Assembly (NCBI GenBank): GCA_963719515.1
Contig: CAVRCJ010000015.1
Coordinates: 100,435-164,434, forward strand
Source: an uncultured cyanobacterium
GTDB taxonomy: Bacteria > Cyanobacteriota > Cyanobacteriia > CAKZMO01
Direction: 5' to 3'
DNA: 64,000 bases
Shown here: piece by piece, positions 57,745 through 64,000 of the stretch
How positions within the stretch are numbered: position 1 is the first letter of the stretch
Layout of the letters: the number at the start of each line of letters is the position of its first letter
Translations under genes and position numbers: made by a program
Notes under the pieces: model-generated
What the model saw: only the letters and a program-made list of their open reading frames with translations
Told to the model about the DNA's origin: nothing
Databases searched by the model: none

Positions 57745-58050
57745 TTGGGTTCCTTTCTTTGTGGATTAGGGAAGAAACCCAAGCTTTGGCCATCCCTGGA
57801 CGTGACGTGTTTCGGGATGGCACGGGATAATGCCCGTAGCCGCCGAGACAGGCTAAATCTGTCGAGGGGGTTAGGCGGCGATCATTGGTCGCAACAATGA
57901 CCGTCGCCGACTGACCAAATACTTGGGAGCCGAACTGCGGGATGCAGCTCTCAAGAAGAGACAATATCGCATCTAGTACAAACAATCAAGCCCGAGTTTT
58001 GGCGGCTGATATGCTGGGGGTAGTCTGCAGCGCATTTTGAGGCGGCCGCG

Positions 58051-58599
58051 ATGATCCAAACCGCTAAGCTTTCGATTGACGAATATCACCGGATTGTGGC
58101 GTCGGGAGCCTTGGGGAGCCGCCGCATTGAGCTGCTGTGCGGAGAGATGGTGGAAGTGAGCCCGGAGACGCCTTACCACGCTAATCAGAACAACAGGCTG
58201 TTTAAGTATTTGCTGGCGCGGTTTGATGGGCTAGCTGATGTGCGATCGAGCCATCCGATTACGCTGGGCGACTCGGAGCCGGAGCCGGATATCGCCTTAG
58301 CCCAGCTCCCGGAGAACCGCTACGATACGCGCCACCCTATGCCCGCTGACCTCTATTTGGCGATGGAGGTGTCTTACTCGACGCTGGAGTATGACCTGGG
58401 ACGCAAGCGGGAGATCTATGCAGCGGCAGGGATAGGCGACTATTGGGTGGTGAATCTGCGGCAGCGGCAGCTGCACCTGTTTGGGGAGCTGCGAGGGGGT
58501 GAGTATGGGCGGCAGCGCGAGCTGGCGGCGGGGACGGTGAGCGTCTCGGCGTTTCCTGAGGTTGAGCTTAGCGTGGCGCGATTGCTGCAGGGCGCGTAG
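58051..58599 (+). CDS. Uma2 family endonuclease-like protein
   Basis: RIELL.GE, SEPEPDI, EVS.STL.YD...K..IYA.AGI.DYWVVNL. Confidence 0.92.
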   Translation: MIQTAKLSIDEYHRIVASGALGSRRIELLCGEMVEVSPETPYHANQNNRLFKYLLARFDGLADVRSSHPITLGDSEPEPDIALAQLPENRYDTRHPMPADLYLAMEVSYSTLEYDLGRKREIYAAAGIGDYWVVNLRQRQLHLFGELRGGEYGRQRELAAGTVSVSAFPEVELSVARLLQGA

Positions 58600-58979
58600 C
58601 TTGGCATCATTGAAAAATGTTTTGTTTAGCGATTGTAGATTTTGCCCATACCACGAAGGCAGCCGATATTGGCAACACGTCTTTGAAAATTTTGTGAAGA
58701 TTGCCTTTGCTATATGTATCTTTAATAACTTTCATGCAAGCGTTCAGCATCAAAAGACGCGAGGATCTACACCTTTCGAAAATTGAAATATAATTGAGCA
58801 GTAGTATAAAATCCATGTATTCCGGATCTCGGTAAAAGCATACATTTTAAAACAATAATCTTGGGCTTCAACTAAAGAGTTTCCGGCGGAGCCTAATCTC
58901 TACCAGTTAAATTTTGCTTTTGTTAGTTGAAAGAGAACCTCTCTTTAAGCTTCCAGAAAACTAAATCAAACCATTGCTC

Positions 58980-60020
58980 ATGTCTAAAGATTTAGAAAAA
59001 AGTTTGGCGAGATTCAAAACTGCAGTCTTAGAATTTGCCTCTGCCTCACAGCAGAGTAAATACACATACTATCGAAAAGGTGAGCGAATTATAAACGAAG
59101 GAGAGATAGGAACCGACTTCTTCTTAATTATAGAGGGAACTGTAAAGATCCTCAAAGGCGACGGCAAAAACATTGGGAATGAGAAAGAGATTGCCTTGAG
59201 ACATGCTGGTGACCCGATAGGTGAAATGACTCTTCTTCAGAGAAACAAGAGGAGAACAGCGACTGTTGAGATTGCAACCGATACTGCTTCTTTTATTAAG
59301 CTTGCAAGAGAAGATGTGTTTTCTCTTGTGAGAAGCGACTCCGAAATCAGAGATTCTCTCCAACAATTAGCTATTTCCAGGGCAAAGGAAACTCAGCAAG
59401 TTATTGAAGGAAACATACATGTAGAGAATAAGATCACGTCCTGTCTGCTTACCGATATTCACAATTTTACTTATTTAGGAAAAATTGTAGAAGAAGAATA
59501 CGTAAACAACTTTTTATTTGATTTTCTCGACAGCTCTGAGGAGATAGCGTCTCATTATAATGGTAGATTTGAAGACCAAGGCGATGGCTTCAAGATTCTC
59601 TTAAGTGAGGGCGATCATGCGAATGATGCTGTTTGCTGTGCTATTGAGATCAGAGACTTATTCTTAAATATGCAATCGCGATGGAAGGTTAGAAGTGAGG
59701 CTTTCCAAAAGATTGGACTGGGTACTGGAATTTGCTCAGATTTTATGTCCATAAGGCATAAAAAACATAAAAATTCATCTAGGCAGTTAAAAGAGAGAGT
59801 GTTCTCACACTCGATAAGCATTGCTGCTGCTATTTCAAAGTATAGAAAAGATTCGACAGACACTAATATTTACGTAACCAAAAAAACAAATTGTCTCCTT
59901 AATAAAGGACGCTTTAATATAGATGCTGAGACTGAAGTTCTGCTTGAAAATACAAATAGAAAGTATTTAATTTATAGAATAGAGAGCAGAGTTAAAAAGC
60001 CCTCTTGGGTATTTCTTTAG
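58980..60020 (+). CDS. Cyclic-nucleotide-binding domain fused to a divergent class III nucleotide cyclase
   Basis: CNBD: IINEGE, IIEG.V, GEMTLL...RRTATV. Cyclase: TDIHNFT, QGDG, IGLGTGI. Confidence 0.82.
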   Translation: MSKDLEKSLARFKTAVLEFASASQQSKYTYYRKGERIINEGEIGTDFFLIIEGTVKILKGDGKNIGNEKEIALRHAGDPIGEMTLLQRNKRRTATVEIATDTASFIKLAREDVFSLVRSDSEIRDSLQQLAISRAKETQQVIEGNIHVENKITSCLLTDIHNFTYLGKIVEEEYVNNFLFDFLDSSEEIASHYNGRFEDQGDGFKILLSEGDHANDAVCCAIEIRDLFLNMQSRWKVRSEAFQKIGLGTGICSDFMSIRHKKHKNSSRQLKERVFSHSISIAAAISKYRKDSTDTNIYVTKKTNCLLNKGRFNIDAETEVLLENTNRKYLIYRIESRVKKPSWVFL

Positions 60021-60602
60021 ATGGCGATAATGAAGTTAGAAAGCTCTGGAGGCGATATTGACTCTAGAATATTTTCGCTTTCACCTTCCAAGACAGATGC
60101 GTTGTTACTTGGACGAGACACAACACAAGCACCATTGATCTCGGAACTAGACAAATCCATTCGAAATCAGATTTTTATTAGCTATAGCCATCGAGATGTA
60201 GAATGGCTAGAAAAACTTCAAAAATACCTAAAGCCAGCGATTCGAAATAAAACGGTCAATATTTGGGATGACACGAAGATTCAGCCCGGTAAAAGATGGC
60301 ATGAAGAAATTAATGCGGCTTTATCTGCTGCAAAGGTAGCTGTCCTACTTGTAAGCGTAGACTTTCTCAACTCTGATTTCATCAACGAGAACGAACTTCC
60401 TCCTTTGTTAGAAGCCGCTAAGTCTAAGGAATTGACAATTATCTGGATACTGATCAGCGAATGCATGTATGAAGAGACAGAAGTCAAACACTACCAAGCT
60501 GCCCACTCGCTCAGTCGCCCACTCGTGAGCCTCAATGCTGCGGAGGAAGCTACTACGCTCAAAGAAATTTGCAAGGCTATCAAAAATGCTGCGAATCAAT
60601 AA
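60021..60602 (+). CDS. TIR domain protein
   Basis: IFISYSHRD, IWDD..I.PG..W, VLLVS..FL.S.FI..NELP. Start could be 60030. Confidence 0.9.
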   Translation: MAIMKLESSGGDIDSRIFSLSPSKTDALLLGRDTTQAPLISELDKSIRNQIFISYSHRDVEWLEKLQKYLKPAIRNKTVNIWDDTKIQPGKRWHEEINAALSAAKVAVLLVSVDFLNSDFINENELPPLLEAAKSKELTIIWILISECMYEETEVKHYQAAHSLSRPLVSLNAAEEATTLKEICKAIKNAANQ

Positions 60603-61026
60603 GCACTGTTACCGTGAATCGCTGCTTACCACTGCTCATTCAGCGTAAACACAGAGTGTGTCGACAGCCGCCCTGCGATCGCCTCTGCCTCCGTTTGCGC
60701 CAGTCCCTAGCGACTCCGCCAGCTTGCCAAACTTGACCTTGACGGGCCGCGTCCACATCGACGTAGACGGGCGGGCCGGGATCTCGGAACTGTGGGTCAT
60801 GGACGAACTAAGGGGTAAGAATTGCCTCCCTAATAGTGAAACAATTTGGCCCTCACCACGAGACCAATATCCCTCCTCGCCAAAAGCACTTAACCGCCAG
60901 TGCCTCTATCATGAAAAAGAGCCCAGGGTTCAAGCCAACCCATCGCCAACCAGGCAATCGCCATCGCCCAACCGCCCCGCGCGATCGCCCCGTTCCCCTC
61001 CCCCAAAAGTATAGATATCAGCGCTG

Positions 61027-62313
61027 ATGCTAGCACCCTCCCCCCCCGCACAGTCCTCAAGCGAGCGATCGCTGTCCGACTACTATCAACAGGTCCGCCA
61101 GCTCAGCGAACGCACCTGCCAACCGCTCGAAATTGAAGACTACGTCGTCCAGAGCATGCCAGAGGCCAGCCCGCTCAAATGGCACCTCGCCCACACCGCC
61201 TGGTTTTTTGAAACCTTCGTTTTAGTTCCCCACCTCAAGGGCTACAGCGTCTTTCACCCCAAATACGACTACCTGCTCAACTCCTACTACGAATCCGTCG
61301 GCGATCGCACCCCTGCCGCCCAGCGGGGAACCCTCTCTCGCCCCACCGTGGCCGAAACCTATCGCTACCGGGCCTATGTCGACGACGCGATGCAGTCGCT
61401 GATTGGTGAAGCCGCTGACGACCCCGAGATAAAGTCGCTAATTGTTTTAGGCCTCAACCACGAACAGCAGCACCAAGAATTTCTGTTCACCAACATCAAG
61501 CACATCTTCGGCAGCAACCCGCTGCGCCCCACCTACAGCGCCGACCTGCCAACCCCTGCCTCCGCAGCAGACGCGACGGCAGGCAAACCCCTCAAGTGGC
61601 TAGACTACGCCGCCCAGCTGTACGAAATTGGCTACGACGGCGACGGGTTTGCCTTCGACAACGAGCTGCCCCGCCACCCCGTCTACCTGCGGGAGTACAA
61701 GCTGGCTTCTCGCCTGGTCACCAACGGAGAATACCTAGAATTCGTCCAGGCTGGTGGCTACAGCAACGCCGACCACTGGCTTTCAGAGGGGTGGTCAACG
61801 GCCCGCTCCAGCGGCTGGCAAGCCCCGCTCTACTGGGAGCAAATCGACGGCGACTGGTGGACAATGACCCTAGGCGGCATGCGCCGCTTAGCGGAAGATG
61901 AGCCCCTGTGCCACGTCAGCTTTTACGAGGCAGACGCCTACGCCCGCTGGTGCGGCAAGCGTCTGCCCACAGAGGCCGAATTGGAAACGGCGGCGGCGGG
62001 GGTGCCCCTGTCCGGCAACTTCCTCGATAGCGGCTTACTGCAGCCCGCGCCAGCCCATGGCGACAGCCCGCCCGCGCAGCTGTTCGGCGACGTGTGGGAA
62101 TGGACGAACAGCACCCACCAGCCCTACCCCGGCTACCGGCTGGAGTCCGGGGTTTTGGGCGAATACAACGGCAAGCTGATGTGCAATCGCCTCGTGCTCC
62201 GGGGCGGCTCCTGCGTCACGCCGCAATCCCACATTCGCCCCACCTACCGCAACTTCTATCCCCCGGCCACGCGATGGCAGTTTACCGGCGTTCGCTTGGC
62301 GGATACGCCCTGA
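61027..62313 (+). CDS. egtB: Ergothioneine biosynthesis sulfoxide synthase EgtB
   Basis: SPLKWHLAHT, HEQQHQE, FAFDNE and an FGE-like domain with GDVWEW and RGGSC. Confidence 0.92.
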   Translation: MLAPSPPAQSSSERSLSDYYQQVRQLSERTCQPLEIEDYVVQSMPEASPLKWHLAHTAWFFETFVLVPHLKGYSVFHPKYDYLLNSYYESVGDRTPAAQRGTLSRPTVAETYRYRAYVDDAMQSLIGEAADDPEIKSLIVLGLNHEQQHQEFLFTNIKHIFGSNPLRPTYSADLPTPASAADATAGKPLKWLDYAAQLYEIGYDGDGFAFDNELPRHPVYLREYKLASRLVTNGEYLEFVQAGGYSNADHWLSEGWSTARSSGWQAPLYWEQIDGDWWTMTLGGMRRLAEDEPLCHVSFYEADAYARWCGKRLPTEAELETAAAGVPLSGNFLDSGLLQPAPAHGDSPPAQLFGDVWEWTNSTHQPYPGYRLESGVLGEYNGKLMCNRLVLRGGSCVTPQSHIRPTYRNFYPPATRWQFTGVRLADTP

Positions 62314-62419
62314 GCCGTGACTCTAACGTCTGGTTTAGGCTAGCCTAGCTAAGGCCAGCGCCATTGCCAATGTGGCGACCGCCAACACAGATCTTTCCTA
62401 TCTCTCAAGGAACTTTTTC

Positions 62420-62914
62420 ATGCGCCCCAACCCGATTCCCCCCGGTCCCGGTCAAGAATCCGTGTGGGACTATCCCCGACCGCCGCGGATTGAAGATGTG
62501 ACCAAGCACATCAAAATCATTTTTAACGGTGAACTGATTGCGGATACCCATCACGCTAAAAGGGGACTGGAAACCAGCCATCCCCCCACCTACTACCTCC
62601 CCGAAACAGACATCAAGATGGAGTATTTGCTTCCCAGCGCTCACTCCACCTACTGCGAGTGGCGGGGCTGGGCAAAATACTACAGCCTCAAGGTGGGCGA
62701 TCGCCAGGCAAAAGATGTGGCCTGGTACTACACCGAGATCTTTCCGGCCTACGAGCAGCTCAAAGGCCATCTCGCGTTTTATCCCGGCCCCATGGATGCC
62801 TGCTACGTCGATGACGAAAAAGTGACGCCCCAGGCGGGCGCATTCTACGCCGGCTGGATTACTAGCGATATCGTCGGACCGTTTAAGGGCGACCCCGGCA
62901 CGAGGGGCTGGTAG
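62420..62914 (+). CDS. DUF427 protein
   Basis: ESVWDYPRPP, ETSHPP.YY, CEW.G.A.Y and FKG.PGT.GW. Confidence 0.85.
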   Translation: MRPNPIPPGPGQESVWDYPRPPRIEDVTKHIKIIFNGELIADTHHAKRGLETSHPPTYYLPETDIKMEYLLPSAHSTYCEWRGWAKYYSLKVGDRQAKDVAWYYTEIFPAYEQLKGHLAFYPGPMDACYVDDEKVTPQAGAFYAGWITSDIVGPFKGDPGTRGW

Positions 62915-62916
62915 CC

Positions 62917-63711
62917 ATGTGCAGACTCCTGGCTTATATCGGCTCCTCCATTCAGCCCGATCGACTAATCTACGCGCCTGAACATTCCCTCGAAGTTCAA
63001 AGCTACAGTCCCCAAGAAACCATGACCACCTCGGTCAACGCCGACGGTGTAGGGTTGGGGTGGTACTCCCCTGAGCGGGATGCTGCCCCATTTCTCTACA
63101 AAAACGTCCTGCCGATTTGGGCTGATACCAACCTCCCCCACCTCAGCCGCTACATCCAGACGGAGCAGTTTTTGGCCTATATCCGCAGCGCCACGTCGGG
63201 GCAAGCCACCAGCCTCAGCAACTGCCAACCCTTCAGCCACGACCAGCTTGTGTTTACCCACAACGGGTTTATCGAAAACTTCAGGGATACGCTCTACCAG
63301 CCTATCCGCAAGCATCTTACAGACGAAATCTACCGCACCATCGAAGGGACCACGGATTCCGAGCATATTTTTGCTCTCATGGCGAACGAGATGGTGGTGA
63401 ATGGGCATAGCCTAGCGATCGCTGTGCAGGAGTGCTTTAAAACGCTCCTCAAGCTTTCAGCCTGCGGGGAGGTGGCCTTTAGTGCCAACGTTATCGTCAG
63501 CGACGGACACCGTTTGGTTGCCACTCGATTTGCCAGAGGGAAACCAGCCCCCTCGCTCTACTGGCTTTCCGACGATGCCGCTTTCCCAGAGGGCGTCATT
63601 GTTGCCTCTGAACCCTTGTTCCCAGGGGACTGGACCGCCTTTGAGGAAGACAGTATGCTTTGCGTGGAGAAAGGCAGCAAGCCCAAGCTACAGCCTATTG
63701 AGACAGTGTAA
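62917..63711 (+). CDS. egtC: Ergothioneine biosynthesis Ntn-hydrolase EgtC
   Basis: MCRLLAY, NADG.G.GWY, RSAT, NCQPF, HNG and GTTDSE. Confidence 0.9.
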   Translation: MCRLLAYIGSSIQPDRLIYAPEHSLEVQSYSPQETMTTSVNADGVGLGWYSPERDAAPFLYKNVLPIWADTNLPHLSRYIQTEQFLAYIRSATSGQATSLSNCQPFSHDQLVFTHNGFIENFRDTLYQPIRKHLTDEIYRTIEGTTDSEHIFALMANEMVVNGHSLAIAVQECFKTLLKLSACGEVAFSANVIVSDGHRLVATRFARGKPAPSLYWLSDDAAFPEGVIVASEPLFPGDWTAFEEDSMLCVEKGSKPKLQPIETV

Positions 63712-63955
63712 AACGGCTAGGGCAGCCGCCTTGTGGGCGATCGCGAGAACTCTGAGCCGAAACGGTGCCCTTGAGGCCTTGGCGCTGCGGGGCGTGGCGC
63801 ATTGTAGAGTGCGGATTGAGATAATTTGCGCTCTATACTGCGCCAGGATGCTCTAGATTCGTCCGCTCTTGGGGCAACGCTGGGAGGCCAAGAGCGGCAA
63901 TTGACGCCTTGCCTGAAAAGCCAAAACTCCGTGCCAGAGCAGGTTTGGAGGAGAA

Positions 63956-64000
63956 TGGACGTAACTGGACTCGAACCAGTGACCCCCACGATGTCAAAGT
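63956..64000 (-). tRNA. 3' half of tRNA-Val(GAC), cut by window edge
   Basis: Minus strand reads TTGACAT-CGTGG-GGGTCACTGGTTCGAGTCCAGTTACGTCCA. Confidence 0.75.

Noticed and set aside
60636..60800. 54-codon minus-strand ORF, possibly a truncated gene start at the island edge
   Set aside because: Too short, and the resemblance to known N-termini is too weak to support.

Overview
GC-rich cyanobacterial chromosome segment. HIP1 (GCGATCGC) is very frequent and a fraCDE operon is present, which points to a filamentous strain. Housekeeping and known modules: trpF, cobO, fraCDE, a phytochrome-like signalling cluster (three hybrid kinases, one with a DXCF-type bilin GAF, plus an Rcp1-like regulator and a Crp protein), an Amt-PAS-GGDEF fusion, an amide/peptide hydrolase cluster with tldD/tldE, desC opposite a TetR-recombinase-fold regulator, tRNA-Val(CAC), an inorganic-carbon region (bicA-mrp, sbtAB, flv1/flv3, ATAG-N8-CTAT boxes), a GntR-controlled purine cluster and egtB/egtC. 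Four observations stand out. (1) Two tnpA-less TnpB elements and three ~400-450 bp ORF-less mini-elements share the same end types; each mini-element has a -10 box in front of an omegaRNA-like 3' end. (2) TTAG-family insertions sit exactly on host stop codons and swap TAA for an element-encoded TGA. (3) An AT-rich two-gene island encodes a cNMP-binding/non-canonical class III cyclase and a TIR protein, a Pycsar-like defence candidate. (4) A four-site TGTATAC-N-GTATACA regulon covers a Rieske oxygenase and guanine deaminase. All calls come from reading the sequence and motifs by eye; no database searches were run.
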